Sequence record: DRR723986_5783
DNA: 49,568 nucleotides
Reading direction: 5' to 3' (one strand)
Shown here: positions 11,662-22,178 of the stretch, one piece after another
Numbering within the stretch: position 1 is the stretch's first letter
How the letters are laid out: each line of letters starts with the position of its first letter
The notes under the pieces: model-generated
What the model saw: only the letters and a program-made list of their open reading frames with translations
What the model was told of the DNA's origin: nothing
Database searches by the model: none
Program-made: the position numbers and the translations under genes

Positions 11662-13047
11662 CTAGTCCTCGAGGTTCAGCTTCTTCAGCCGATAGCGCAG
11701 GCTGCGAAAACTGACCCCAAGCTTCTTCGCGGTAGCGGTCTTGTTCCAGCGGCACTCCTCGAGTGCGGCGCTGAGTATCTGGCGCTCGATATCTTCCAGG
11801 TAGCCTTCGAGGTCGCCGTAGGCCTCCTCCAGCCGGATAGCGGTGCCCGCCTCTTCACCGTGGTCGGACTTGCGGTCCCGGGCCTGGGGAGAGCGCGGGG
11901 CGACGGTGCTGAACTGCAGGTCCCGGGCTGCAATGGTGCCGCCGTCGGAGAGCGCTAGCGCGCGTTCGAGCATATTCTCCAGTTCGCGCACATTGCCCGG
12001 GAAGTCGTATTCCCGCAGGGCTGTTACGGCGGATGGGTCGAGCTGCGCCTGGTCCTTGTTCTCTTCACCGGCGATCCGTCTCAGTATGTTGTTGGCCAGC
12101 TGCTCCAGGTCTTCCTTGCGCTCGCGCAGGCTCGGCACATGCAGGTCAATCACATTCACCCGGTAGTAGAGATCATCCCGGAAGCGCCCGGCCTCAACCT
12201 CCGCCGCCAGGTTCTTGTGGGTGGCGCTCAGCAGGCGCACGTCCACGGGGTGCTCCTCGTTGGAGCCCACGGGCCTCACCGCCTTCTCCTGGATCGCGCG
12301 CAGCATTTTCACCTGCATCACCAATGGCAGATCGGCCACCTCGTCCAGGAACAGGGTACCGCCGGAGGCTGCCTGGAATAAACCGAGTTTGTCCCGGTTG
12401 GCGCCGGTGAAGCTGCCCTTCATGTGGCCGAACAGCTCGCTCTCCATCAGGTCAGGGGGGATGGCGCCGCAGTTGACCGCGATGAAGGAGCCCGATGCCC
12501 TTGGGCCGTTCTTGTGAATCAGCCGGGCCACGACTTCCTTGCCCGAACCCGATTCGCCGTGTATGTGCACTGGCGCCTGGCTGCGGGCAAGCTTGGCGAT
12601 CTGCTGCCGCAACTCGAGAATTGCCGGTGCGCTGCCGATCAGGTCGTGATCTACCGCGTCGGCGGTCTTGCGGGTATCCGTTTCCAGTTGCAGGGCCGCG
12701 CTCACCAGATTGCGCAGGCCGTCCAGCTCGATGGGTTTGCTGATGAAATCAAAGGCGCCCGCCTTCAGTGCGGTAATCGCCGTTTCGACGCTGCCGTGTG
12801 CGGTAATCATTGCCACCGGCATTCCCGGGCAGGTCTTTTGGATGTACTCGACCAGGCTGATGCCGTTGCCATCCGGCAGCTTCATGTCGGTCAGGCACAG
12901 GTCCGGCTTCACCTCGTCCACCAGTTCCCGCGCACGGGACAGGGTGCCTGCGGTATGGGTGTCCAGGCCCATGCGATTGAGGGTGATGTCGAGCAGCTCC
13001 CGAATATCGGGTTCGTCATCGACGATGAGTACGGATTGCGCTGTCAT
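11662..13047 (-). CDS. pilR: Sigma54-dependent response regulator PilR
   Basis: REC domain (VDDEPD, D-MKLPDG), GESGSGKE, GSFTGA variant of GAFTGA, Fis-type HTH; adjacent to a PilS-like kinase. Confidence 0.9.
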   Translation of the reverse strand: MTAQSVLIVDDEPDIRELLDITLNRMGLDTHTAGTLSRARELVDEVKPDLCLTDMKLPDGNGISLVEYIQKTCPGMPVAMITAHGSVETAITALKAGAFDFISKPIELDGLRNLVSAALQLETDTRKTADAVDHDLIGSAPAILELRQQIAKLARSQAPVHIHGESGSGKEVVARLIHKNGPRASGSFIAVNCGAIPPDLMESELFGHMKGSFTGANRDKLGLFQAASGGTLFLDEVADLPLVMQVKMLRAIQEKAVRPVGSNEEHPVDVRLLSATHKNLAAEVEAGRFRDDLYYRVNVIDLHVPSLRERKEDLEQLANNILRRIAGEENKDQAQLDPSAVTALREYDFPGNVRELENMLERALALSDGGTIAARDLQFSTVAPRSPQARDRKSDHGEEAGTAIRLEEAYGDLEGYLEDIERQILSAALEECRWNKTATAKKLGVSFRSLRYRLKKLNLED

Positions 13048-13064
13048 TGGTCCGCTGGTTCCCT

Positions 13065-14708
13065 CTACATGGCCCGCTGATTCACGGCGATCCTGAAACA
13101 GCTCTCGCCGTTCTCGGTGAGGCGGTAGCTCAGGCTGGCGTTATTGATTTCACACAATTCCTGGCACAGGTACAAGCCCATGCCGCTGCCTTCCTCCACC
13201 GTGGTGAAAAATGGCTCGAACAACTTGGCCTGGTCCTGCGGCGGCACGCCGGCCCCCGGGTCGATCACGTCCAGCAGGCACTGGTGGGAGGCGAAGTCCA
13301 TGGACACCTCGATGTTCGCGGTATCCCTGCCGGTAGCCATCCTGCTGTGGCGCAGACCGTTGTCGAGCAGGTTGGTCAGTACCCGCCGCAGGTTCTCCGG
13401 GTCAAACTCGATCAGGAGCTCCTTGTAGTCACAGGAAATGGTAATTCGGGCCTTGTAATGGGCACCCTGCAAGTAGTCCTCGACAAAGTCCTCGAGCCAC
13501 TGCTGGAGCACAATGTACTCGGGCTTGGGCGCTTCCCGGCGGGAAATCTGCATGACGCTTTCCACGATCCGGTTTACCCGTGAGCAGTTCTCCACCACGA
13601 TTTCCGCCATCCGTTGATCACTCTCCGGCAGCGCGCGGGATTCCGCAAGCAGTTGGGCGGCGTGACTGATCGCCCCCAGTGGGTTACGGATCTCATGCGC
13701 GATGCTGGCGGTGAGGCGGCCCAGGGAGTTGAGCTTCAGGGACTGGGCGTACTGGGTAACCGGGGTGTAGTCCTCCACGAAGATGAGGGTTTCCCCGTGG
13801 TAGTTGGGCTGTAACTCGCGGAAGTGGGCGATGACCGGCGGCGCGCCCTCCATGACCGAGAATGGTCGGGCACGGTGCAACCCGGTATCGCGCCAGTGCT
13901 CGAACTGGTACGCGAGTTCATCGCTGTAGTCGGCCAGCTGGCGGCCCTGTTCCATGGTCACCGGCCGTTCCGGGGCGAGCAGGCCATTGGCGGCCTTGTT
14001 CATGACTTTGACGATGCCGTCATCGCCCACCAGCAGAATGCCGGTCTGCATGTGCTGCACAATCTGCTCGTTGAGGCGTTGCAATGAGTACAGGTCGCTG
14101 GCCCGGTTGCGGGCGAGCTCCTCGGCCCGGCTCAGGCGGGCGGTGATCAGCTGGATCATGATCGACACGCCGAAGATCAGTGCGCCCAGCAGGCCGGCCG
14201 GAAACAGGGACGGGAAGCCGAGTTCACCCAGCGAGATAAGCCGCAGGGTGTCCAGCAGTATCGCCAGGGAGCTAAGCGCCGCCAGCAGAGTGGCGATGGT
14301 TCGGTTCTGGATCAGCACCGCGCTGGCGGCCACGGTGATCACCAGCAGCACCGGGAGACCGCTGCCGATCCCGCCGCTGGCATCCGACATCAGGGTGATC
14401 GCGGCAATGTCCACCAGGAACACGGCGAACAGCAGTCGTTGGTTCTGGTGCCAACGGGTCGCCAGTGAACCCATCAGCGCCACGCTGGTCGCTAGATAGA
14501 CCAGGGCAACGCCGAGATAAAGCGGGGGATTGTGGACGCCGACCATCTGCCGGGTGTTGGGGCTGATCAGCATAATCAGCAGTACCACTGACAGCAGCGA
14601 GCGGTAGGCAACGTAGATCCGGAACAGGGCGAGGTTCTGCGGTCCCTGGGCGGAGAGGCTGGGCTGGGTGAGAATGGCCGGACGATTCACGCTACAGACT
14701 GTCCACAT
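13065..14708 (-). CDS. pilS: Sensor histidine kinase PilS; start approximate (14708 or 14690)
   Basis: About 6 TM segments, PAS-like region, LGRLTASIAHEIRNPL, FEPFFTT, GSGMGLYL. Confidence 0.88.
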   Translation of the reverse strand: MWTVCSVNRPAILTQPSLSAQGPQNLALFRIYVAYRSLLSVVLLIMLISPNTRQMVGVHNPPLYLGVALVYLATSVALMGSLATRWHQNQRLLFAVFLVDIAAITLMSDASGGIGSGLPVLLVITVAASAVLIQNRTIATLLAALSSLAILLDTLRLISLGELGFPSLFPAGLLGALIFGVSIMIQLITARLSRAEELARNRASDLYSLQRLNEQIVQHMQTGILLVGDDGIVKVMNKAANGLLAPERPVTMEQGRQLADYSDELAYQFEHWRDTGLHRARPFSVMEGAPPVIAHFRELQPNYHGETLIFVEDYTPVTQYAQSLKLNSLGRLTASIAHEIRNPLGAISHAAQLLAESRALPESDQRMAEIVVENCSRVNRIVESVMQISRREAPKPEYIVLQQWLEDFVEDYLQGAHYKARITISCDYKELLIEFDPENLRRVLTNLLDNGLRHSRMATGRDTANIEVSMDFASHQCLLDVIDPGAGVPPQDQAKLFEPFFTTVEEGSGMGLYLCQELCEINNASLSYRLTENGESCFRIAVNQRAM

Positions 14709-14840
14709 CGGCTGGTAAACGCGGTCTAGTTTACCAGCTGTGGGTCCGGCAGGTTGCACATTCCCCGTTTTTTGAGGTCTGGCCATCACGGCGGCTTTGC
14801 TTGAAAATACGCCTCCCGCAGCGAGGAACACGCGTCCCCG

Positions 14841-16472
14841 ATGACCACCCTGAATGTCCTGATGGCCCAGATCAATACCCTCGTTGGAGATTTCGAGGGT
14901 AATACCCAGCAGGTGATCGACGTGGTGCGCAGCGCCGAGGCGCAGCACCCGCAATGCCTGGTGGTATTTCCCGAGCTGACTCTTTGCGGTTACCCACCGG
15001 AAGACCTGCTGCTGCGGCCGAGCATTGTGCGACGGGTAAACCAGTCGCTGGCCCGATTGTGCGATGCCCTGCAGGCAGAGGCCTGGGTGGTCGTGGGATA
15101 CCCGAAACTGGAGCGGGGCAAACTGTACAATGTGGCGGGGGTGATTCACCGGGGAGAGGTCGTTGCTGAATATCGCAAGCTCGCCTTGCCCAATTACCAG
15201 GTGTTTGACGAGAAACGCTACTTTGTCGCCGGAGACCAGGCCTGCGTGCTGAACATCCAGGGCGTGCCTGTCGGGCTGACGATTTGCGAAGATATCTGGG
15301 AAGAAGAGCCGGCCCTGCTGGCAGCGAAAGCCGGCGCCCGGTTGCTGGTCAACATCAACTCCTCTCCCTATCACCGGGGCAAGCGCCAGGAACGCTGGGA
15401 CGTGGTCGGTGATCGCGCCCGCCAGACCGATTGCCCGGTGATTTACGTCAACCAGGTCGGTGGTCAGGATGAACTGGTATTCGATGGTGGATCCTTCGCC
15501 GTCGATGCCAGTGGCGAGATCCAGGTAGCGGCACCTAACTTCGAGGAGGGCGGCTACTGGCTTGAGGTGACGGCAGACAGCGGGCCGCTGGTGATCACCG
15601 GGGACGGGGTCAGCCCACCGCTGGATGAGCTGGATGCCACCTGGCGTGCGCTGGTGCTTGGGGTGCGCGACTACGTCAACAAGAACCGTTTCAAGGGTGT
15701 GGTGCTGGGGCTCTCCGGCGGGGTCGATTCCGCCCTGACTCTGGCGGTGGCCGTGGACGCGCTAGGCCCGGAACGGGTGGAAGCGGTGATGATGCCCTTC
15801 CGCTACACCTCGCAGATGAGCGTGGAGGATGCCGCCGAGCAGTCGCGCCTGTTGAATGTGAGGCACAAGGTAATTTCCATCGAGCCGGTGTATGAGGCCT
15901 TCATGGCCAGTCTGGCGCAGGAATTTTCCGGCATGGCCGCCGATACCACGGAGGAGAACCTGCAGGCCCGCTGTCGCGGTGTACTGCTGATGTCAATCTC
16001 CAACAAGAAGGGCTATCTGGTGCTGACTACCGGCAACAAGAGTGAGATGGCGGTAGGTTATTCCACACTGTACGGCGACATGGCGGGCGGCTTTGACGTG
16101 CTCAAGGATGTGCCCAAGACCCTGGTGTTTGCCCTCTGCCGGTTCCGTAATTCACTGGGGCCCTGCATCCCCGAGCGAGTCATCGAGCGTCCGCCATCGG
16201 CAGAGCTGGCACCGGATCAGAAGGATGAGGATTCACTGCCGCCCTACGATGTACTGGATCGGATTCTCGAGCTCTATGTGGAACGGGACTTCAGCGCCGA
16301 GGCAATCATTGCCGAGGGCCTGGAGCGGGAGCAGGTGCAGCGGGTGGTTCGCCTGGTGGACCTGAACGAGTACAAACGTCGCCAGGCGCCCATCGGTGTG
16401 CGAATTACGCGCCGGGGCTTCGGCCGTGACCGTCGCTACCCGATCACCTCCGGCTGGAAGATCGGCGACTGA
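14841..16472 (+). CDS. nadE: Glutamine-dependent NAD+ synthetase
   Basis: Nitrilase domain (FPEL, K..LPNY.VFDEKRYF, ICEDIW) plus SGGVDS, TGNKSE, PPSAEL. Confidence 0.95.
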   Translation: MTTLNVLMAQINTLVGDFEGNTQQVIDVVRSAEAQHPQCLVVFPELTLCGYPPEDLLLRPSIVRRVNQSLARLCDALQAEAWVVVGYPKLERGKLYNVAGVIHRGEVVAEYRKLALPNYQVFDEKRYFVAGDQACVLNIQGVPVGLTICEDIWEEEPALLAAKAGARLLVNINSSPYHRGKRQERWDVVGDRARQTDCPVIYVNQVGGQDELVFDGGSFAVDASGEIQVAAPNFEEGGYWLEVTADSGPLVITGDGVSPPLDELDATWRALVLGVRDYVNKNRFKGVVLGLSGGVDSALTLAVAVDALGPERVEAVMMPFRYTSQMSVEDAAEQSRLLNVRHKVISIEPVYEAFMASLAQEFSGMAADTTEENLQARCRGVLLMSISNKKGYLVLTTGNKSEMAVGYSTLYGDMAGGFDVLKDVPKTLVFALCRFRNSLGPCIPERVIERPPSAELAPDQKDEDSLPPYDVLDRILELYVERDFSAEAIIAEGLEREQVQRVVRLVDLNEYKRRQAPIGVRITRRGFGRDRRYPITSGWKIGD

Positions 16473-16478
16473 GGTTCT

Positions 16479-17360
16479 TTAAATCTTCGGTCGATTGTCG
16501 AACTGGGGCGGCTGGGGCGGATCGAACAGCCCGAAGGTCGCCTTATTGATCCAGGAGCGCTGCAGCCCTTCCAACGTGTAAACACTGCGGAACTCGCCGT
16601 TCTTGTCGAGCGACGGGTGGTTGGGGTAGTTCAGCGCCAGAGTTTCGATGGCATCCCGGGCGAGGTCATCCTGGCCGAGCAGGATATAGCCCTGGGCCAT
16701 GACGGCGAGGCCGTCAGGTACCGCGGGGGTACGCTGGAAGTTTTCCACCACGTGGCGGCCACGGTTGGTCGCGGCCAGGTAGGCGCCGCGCCGGAAGTAG
16801 TAGTTGGCCACGGTGATCTCGTGCCGTGCCAGCAGGTTACGCAGGTGGACCATGCGCGACTTGGCGTCGGCAGCATAGGGGCTGTCGGGGAAGCGGGAAA
16901 CCAGCTGGGCGAATTCGGCGAAGGCTTCCCGGGCGTGGTTGGTATCACGCTTGCTTTCGTCAGTGGGCACAAAGCGGGCGAAGATATCAGAGCCTGCGGT
17001 GTAAGCGGACAGGCCTTTCATGTAATAGGCGTAGTCCACGCTGGGATGCTGTGGATGCAGGCGGATGAAACGGTCGGCGGCCTCCACGGCGGCCTCGTGC
17101 TCATAGGCACCGTGGTGGGCGAAAATCAGTTCCAGCTGCGACTGTTCGGCGTACTTGCCGAAGGGATAGCGTGATTCGAGCAGCTGTAGCTGGCGCACAG
17201 CCAGGTCGTAGTTGCGGTTATTCAGGTGGCGCTGGGCCTCCTGGTACATCTGCTGCTCACCGGCGTCGGCGGCCAGGTCCGGCAGCTCGTCGTTGCCGGA
17301 GCAGGCCCCGAGCAGGGCAAGGACCAGGATCGCGAGCGGATATGCTAATGATTTCAACAA
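16479..17360 (-). CDS. bamD: Outer membrane protein assembly lipoprotein BamD/ComL
   Basis: Lipobox LGAC, TPR motifs, RYPFG.YAEQ, RFIRLHP.HP..DYAYY; divergent from rluD. Confidence 0.93.
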   Translation of the reverse strand: MLKSLAYPLAILVLALLGACSGNDELPDLAADAGEQQMYQEAQRHLNNRNYDLAVRQLQLLESRYPFGKYAEQSQLELIFAHHGAYEHEAAVEAADRFIRLHPQHPSVDYAYYMKGLSAYTAGSDIFARFVPTDESKRDTNHAREAFAEFAQLVSRFPDSPYAADAKSRMVHLRNLLARHEITVANYYFRRGAYLAATNRGRHVVENFQRTPAVPDGLAVMAQGYILLGQDDLARDAIETLALNYPNHPSLDKNGEFRSVYTLEGLQRSWINKATFGLFDPPQPPQFDNRPKI

Positions 17361-17447
17361 CTTCGGTACCTTTTGCGTGTTAGACTGCGCGCTGTTCTGG
17401 GTCGCTATTTAACCACAGGCAACGGGGCGCTGAAACAGGAAAAAGCT

Positions 17448-18428
17448 ATGGTTGAACGAGTGGAACTGGAGGCACAGGTGCCGGTGGATATGAATGCCGA
17501 GCGCCTGGACCAGGTAGCGGCCAGGCTATTTCCCGATTACTCCCGTTCGCGCCTGCAGACCTGGATCAAATCCGGGGCCCTGACGGTAGACGGCGCCACC
17601 TGCCGGCCCAGGGACAAGGTGAGCGCCGGGGCGACCATCGGGATTGCCGCCGAGATCGAAGAGGCCGTCAGCTGGCAGGGCCAGGACATCGAGCTGGACA
17701 TCCTGCATGAGGACGCCGATATCATCGTCCTCAACAAGCCCGCCGGACTGGTGGTCCATCCGGCGGCAGGGCATGCCAGCGGCACCCTGGTCAACGCCCT
17801 GCTAAATCACGCACCCGAGATGGCCGTGTTGCCCCGCGGCGGCATCGTGCACCGCCTGGACATGGAAACCTCCGGCGTGATGGTCGCTGCCAGAACGCTG
17901 CGGGCCTATAACTCGCTGGTCGCCCAGTTGCAGGAGCGTACCGTGAAGCGGCAGTACTGTGCGGTCTGCATCGGTGCGATGACCGGGGGCGGCACCATCG
18001 ACGCGCCCATCGGTCGTCACCCTCGGCAGCGCAAGAAAATGGCGGTGTTGCACGCTGGCGGCAAGCCCGCCATTACCCATTACCGGGTGGCGGAGCGCTT
18101 TGGTCATCACACCCGTATTGTGGTCAACCTCGAAACCGGCCGTACTCACCAGATCCGGGTGCATATGGCGCATCGCCACTACCCGCTGATTGGCGACCCG
18201 CTCTATGGTGGCCGACCCAGGATACCGCGCGGTGCCTCCGAGTTGCTCATTGAGACCTTGCGCCGCTTCCCACGGCAGGCGCTGCATGCGGAAGCCCTGA
18301 GTCTCGAGCACCCGGCTTCGGGGGAAACGGTTGCATTCGACTGCGCGCTGCCTGCCGACATGGTCAAGCTGCTGACAGTGCTTAAACAGGAAGACCCTGT
18401 GGTACCAAATGACACCGACCCTTATTGA
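17448..18428 (+). CDS. rluD: 23S rRNA pseudouridine synthase RluD
   Basis: S4 domain (RLDQ...SRSRLQ), NKPAGLVVHP, HRLD, LETGRTHQIRVH, RQALHA. Confidence 0.95.
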   Translation: MVERVELEAQVPVDMNAERLDQVAARLFPDYSRSRLQTWIKSGALTVDGATCRPRDKVSAGATIGIAAEIEEAVSWQGQDIELDILHEDADIIVLNKPAGLVVHPAAGHASGTLVNALLNHAPEMAVLPRGGIVHRLDMETSGVMVAARTLRAYNSLVAQLQERTVKRQYCAVCIGAMTGGGTIDAPIGRHPRQRKKMAVLHAGGKPAITHYRVAERFGHHTRIVVNLETGRTHQIRVHMAHRHYPLIGDPLYGGRPRIPRGASELLIETLRRFPRQALHAEALSLEHPASGETVAFDCALPADMVKLLTVLKQEDPVVPNDTDPY

Positions 18429-19176
18429 GGCCGACTGGTCAGCGCCCGCTTCGGTCCTGGCGTTTTGCACGACGCGGGCTGGCGGTGCCAGTGAGGGCTG
18501 CTACCAGGCATGGAACCTGGCGGAACACGTCGGTGATGACCCGCTGGCAGTTAGCAAAAACCGCGCGCTGCTCCAGCAGTGCCTGCCTCCTGGCACGACT
18601 CTCCAATGGTTGAATCAGGTCCATGGGAACCGGATTGTTCGAGCGCCAGCGTTATCGATCCCGGATGCCGATGCCAGTTGGACAGATACCGCGGGTATTG
18701 CGCTTGCAGTGATGACGGCCGACTGTCTTCCCGTTCTCCTGTCCAACACGGAAGGCACCCTGGTCGCTGCGGTTCATGCGGGATGGCGAGGCCTGGCGGC
18801 GGGTGTACTCGAAAATTCGGTAGCGGCGATGCCGTCAGCCGCAGGCGAACTCCTGGCGTGGCTGGGGCCTGCTATTGGTCCCCTGGCTTATGAGATCGGC
18901 CCAGAGGTCAGGGCCGCCTTGATAGCGGCTCATGAAGAATTATATGTCTGTTCCAGTGCTTCGCTGTCGGCGGCCTTCGCCGAGAGCCCGGTAACTCCCG
19001 GGCATTATCTGGCGGATATCCGATTGCTGGCAGAGCTGCGTCTGCGGGCTATGGGGCTTGCCGAAGTCACCGGCGTTGACGCTTGCACATATCACGACAG
19101 CCAGCGATTTTTCTCGTATCGCCGTGACGGCCAGTGCGGGCGGATCGTATCCGTGGTTTGCCTCATTCCCCGATGA
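18409..19176 (+). CDS. pgeF: Peptidoglycan editing factor / laccase-domain protein YfiH
   Basis: LNQVHG, TADCLPV, HAGWRG, FFSYRR. Confidence 0.92.
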   Translation: MTPTLIEADWSAPASVLAFCTTRAGGASEGCYQAWNLAEHVGDDPLAVSKNRALLQQCLPPGTTLQWLNQVHGNRIVRAPALSIPDADASWTDTAGIALAVMTADCLPVLLSNTEGTLVAAVHAGWRGLAAGVLENSVAAMPSAAGELLAWLGPAIGPLAYEIGPEVRAALIAAHEELYVCSSASLSAAFAESPVTPGHYLADIRLLAELRLRAMGLAEVTGVDACTYHDSQRFFSYRRDGQCGRIVSVVCLIPR

Positions 19177-19299
19177 CCCCGGGTGCCCTCAACTCGCTCT
19201 AATCCCGCCTGATTGACGGTTTGATCTCAGCAATCGTCGGCACGCTGATGTCGCTGAATCGCCTTGTATTTGGCCTCCTCGCTCGGTGCGCCGCCCAGA

Positions 19300-19321
19300 A
19301 AAGGTGATGGAAGTCTCTTTT
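19300..19321. promoter_or_regulatory. Candidate CRP/Vfr-family binding site upstream of pilus operon 1
   Basis: AAAGGTGA-tggaag-TCTCTTTT matches 13 of 16 specified positions of AAATGTGA-N6-TCACATTT; -10-like TAGAAT at 19380-19385. Confidence 0.35.
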
Positions 19322-19415
19322 CCAGACATTAGTCGCCGCTAGTCACCGAGCTCGGGTATTTGTTTGCTTGGCACTTGTCTAGAATTTCGCCACTCAGCTG
19401 AAATTCGAAGTGCGT

Positions 19416-19970
19416 ATGCGTTCACTATTTACACATCGGTCCAGAGGCGAGCGCGGTTTCACGTTTATTGAACTGCTGATTGTCCTCACGGTTTTGACCG
19501 TGCTGCTGGTCGTAGGCATTCCCGGATTTTGGCACACCCTGCTCAACAACCGTATGGTGACCGAAGCTTATGCCATGCGCGCCACCTTGAATAACGCGCG
19601 TGCCGAAGCGCTGGCGCGAAAATCACCGGTGGTGGTTTGTCCATCGACCAGCGGGACAGCCTGCAATACCACGGATTGGAGTGCCGGTTATCTGGCGATA
19701 GTGGATCCCAATGGCCCCAGCGAGGAGGTTCTGCAGTGGGAGCCGCGCAGGACACCCGTGTCTATCGCATTTGATGGGCCTTCCGTGACCTTTGGCGAGA
19801 GAGGCTTCGTAGCCGCAGCTGGCCTGTTCACATTCTGCGATGTCCGCGGCGCTGAAGAGGCGCGTGCGCTGATTCTCACCAGGGTGGGCGCAATACGTGG
19901 CGCAATCGATTCGGATGCGCCGGCAGACGGTATTTCTGATGACGTGGACGGCACCAATGTCAGTTGTTAG
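19416..19970 (+). CDS. FimU/FimT-family minor pilin (operon 1)
   Basis: G|FTFIEL; ARAEA...VVVCPS; FTFCD.RG; lacks GRxR. Confidence 0.85.
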   Translation: MRSLFTHRSRGERGFTFIELLIVLTVLTVLLVVGIPGFWHTLLNNRMVTEAYAMRATLNNARAEALARKSPVVVCPSTSGTACNTTDWSAGYLAIVDPNGPSEEVLQWEPRRTPVSIAFDGPSVTFGERGFVAAAGLFTFCDVRGAEEARALILTRVGAIRGAIDSDAPADGISDDVDGTNVSC

Positions 19971-20595
19971 AGCATCTGCCGCTTCCGCTCCTTCACGTCA
20001 GCGTGGCGTCACCCTGCTTGAGGTGCTGATTGCTGCCCTGATCCTTTCGATTGGTGTGCTTGGCGTTGTAAGACTGATTACCCTGTCAAAGGTCTCCCAG
20101 CACGAGGCCATGCAACGCACACGCGCGGTGATACTGGCTGATGCCATGTTGGAGCGAATGCGGTCTAACCCGAGTGCGATGGCCAGCTACGCGGCGGGTG
20201 CCTCTGTGGGTTCCCCGATCAATGGTTCCAGCATTGAAACTGAACCATCGCCTGATTGTGAGACCGCGTCCTGCAACCCTGCTGAGTTGGCTGCACATGA
20301 CCTGTGGTTATGGGAGCAGGAACTCGATGGAGCCTCGGAACGCATCATCGAGGCTGGCGTCGTCAGCAATGCCGCAGGCCTGCGCAGCTTGCAGGCATGC
20401 ATAGAGTTTGCCGCGGACACCGGCAAGACGAGCACCGGCATTGTCAACGTGATCCTGCAATGGCAGGGGCTGCGGTCCAGCTTTGATGCGGTTGCCGCGG
20501 GTGAGACCGCCTGTGGTGGCGCTGCCGCCGGGGAAGATGATACCCGCCGTCAGGTGGTTGTCTCGAGCTTCGTTCTTCAGGAGTTCGAGTCATGA
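19957..20595 (+). CDS. pilV: Type IV minor pilin PilV (operon 1)
   Basis: G|VTLLEVLIA...GVLG; LERMRSN; C....C.P..LA..DL..W. Confidence 0.88.
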   Translation: MSVVRASAASAPSRQRGVTLLEVLIAALILSIGVLGVVRLITLSKVSQHEAMQRTRAVILADAMLERMRSNPSAMASYAAGASVGSPINGSSIETEPSPDCETASCNPAELAAHDLWLWEQELDGASERIIEAGVVSNAAGLRSLQACIEFAADTGKTSTGIVNVILQWQGLRSSFDAVAAGETACGGAAAGEDDTRRQVVVSSFVLQEFES

Positions 20596-21602
20596 ACGTG
20601 ACCGGGTTTGGGATGCGCCGGCCGGTTAGCGGTCTGTCGCTGATCGAGCTGATGGTTGCCCTGGTACTCAGTTCCATCGTTATCGGCGGTGCCGTCTCGA
20701 TCTACCTCGCCTCGAAGAATTCCTTTGTAGAGGTTGAGCAGGTTGCCGAGCTGTCTGAAAACGGCCGCTTCGCCACAGAGTCGCTGGCGTATTCGTTACG
20801 GCATATCGGGTTCTTCGGGGGCGCCGGGCCGGGCGATAGCGCTGAAGCCCCAACGCTGGATGCGGTCGTTAATGACTGTACGGGTGCGGCCGCTGTCTAC
20901 GACACGGCCAATCATTTCTTTGCGGTCAGGGCCACGGCCACCGGCATGTTGGGATGCATTTCGGATGCGGTGGTCAACACCGATATCTTGATCGTAAAAG
21001 GGGTGTCGCAGTCACCGCTGTTTGACAATGATCCGGCTGATCCCAACCTGCCGCGGGATGGGGTAATCAGTTTTCCCCGAACCCTCGATACTGAGCAAAG
21101 CTACGTTATTGCCAATTCCGAAGTGGGCCTCGTTGTTGATGGTGCCGATACCCCGCCCAGCGTATCGGTGGGCAGCCCCTATGCCCAGGGCGTTGCCTGG
21201 CCCTATGAGTTCCAGATTTTCTATGTGCGCGATGGAGAGGTCCCTTCCCTGAGCCGCAAGTACCTGCAGTGGAATGGCACAGCCATGGAGGTTCAGACCG
21301 AGGAACTGGTCTTTGGTGTAGACAATCTCCGCTTTCTGTTTGGTTACGACAGCAACAACGATGGTGAAGTCGACGTCTTTGAGAATCTCACCAATGTCAC
21401 TGCTGCGAATCGCTGGGATCGGGTGATGAAGGTCAGGACCTATGTCTTGCTTCGCAGCAGTGCTGGCGACCCCGGGTATGCCAACGAAAAGAGTTATTTG
21501 CTGGGCGACATGACCGTGACCCCGGGCGATAACGTGCGGCGCTTGTTGGTGCAAACAGACGTCACGATCCGGAATCGCTGGCTGGCGAACAGGAGTGGTT
21601 AG
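20592..21602 (+). CDS. pilW: Type IV minor pilin PilW (operon 1)
   Basis: G|LSLIELMVAL; ENGRFA; ELVFGVDNLRFLFGYDSNNDG; C-terminal IRN. Confidence 0.88.
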   Translation: MNVTGFGMRRPVSGLSLIELMVALVLSSIVIGGAVSIYLASKNSFVEVEQVAELSENGRFATESLAYSLRHIGFFGGAGPGDSAEAPTLDAVVNDCTGAAAVYDTANHFFAVRATATGMLGCISDAVVNTDILIVKGVSQSPLFDNDPADPNLPRDGVISFPRTLDTEQSYVIANSEVGLVVDGADTPPSVSVGSPYAQGVAWPYEFQIFYVRDGEVPSLSRKYLQWNGTAMEVQTEELVFGVDNLRFLFGYDSNNDGEVDVFENLTNVTAANRWDRVMKVRTYVLLRSSAGDPGYANEKSYLLGDMTVTPGDNVRRLLVQTDVTIRNRWLANRSG

Positions 21603-21605
21603 GCG

Positions 21606-22109
21606 ATGAAAAAGCAAGCTTACACAACAGTCTCGCGGCAGGATGGTGTTGCCCTCGCCGTGGCGCTTATTTTTCTTCTTGTGGTAACGATCATCAGCGT
21701 TGCCGCTGCCAATAATAGCGTGCTCGGCTTGAAAATGGCGGCGAGTCTGCAGGATTCCTATCGATCTTTCCAGGCTGCGGAGGCCGGGGTCTACGCGACG
21801 ATGGCTCTCGCCAATACGGCCAATGATCCCTTCACCCGCCAGGATTTTGTGGATGATCCGTTCAGTGGCATGTCGCCACACCCGCTGAGGAATTTGTCGG
21901 ACAACCCGGACGCAGGACCTGTTGATGTGGATCTGTTTCTGGAGTCGACCAATCGCCCCTGTCCGCGCCCGGCGATCGAACGCGGGGGTACGGGCGAGGG
22001 TATCTTTGCCTGCGATTTCTACCGAATTGAATCGGAGTACCAGCTCGATGGCCGGGCCAGAAGCCGGATGGAGTTGGGTGTTGTGAAACAGGTGCTTGCC
22101 GGCGGTTAG
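21606..22109 (+). CDS. pilX: Type IV minor pilin PilX (operon 1)
   Basis: G|VALAVALIFLL without E5, as is typical of PilX; SFQAAEAG. Confidence 0.82.
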   Translation: MKKQAYTTVSRQDGVALAVALIFLLVVTIISVAAANNSVLGLKMAASLQDSYRSFQAAEAGVYATMALANTANDPFTRQDFVDDPFSGMSPHPLRNLSDNPDAGPVDVDLFLESTNRPCPRPAIERGGTGEGIFACDFYRIESEYQLDGRARSRMELGVVKQVLAGG

Positions 22110-22178
22110 TCAGGAACCTCGAGTATGAAATTCACATGTTGAATGGGGCGCCACTGTCTTGTCCCGGAAGTGCAAAAA

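Noticed and set aside
14709-15374. N-terminal 220 aa of the 769-aa PilS ORF
   Set aside because: Mostly the antisense shadow of nadE; PilS-like sequence begins only near 14700
19369-19384. TGGCAC as a sigma54 promoter for operon 1 (also a minus-strand TGGCAC near 29833-29847)
   Set aside because: The required -12 GC is absent (TAGA and TTCC respectively), and the second faces away from the pilin genes
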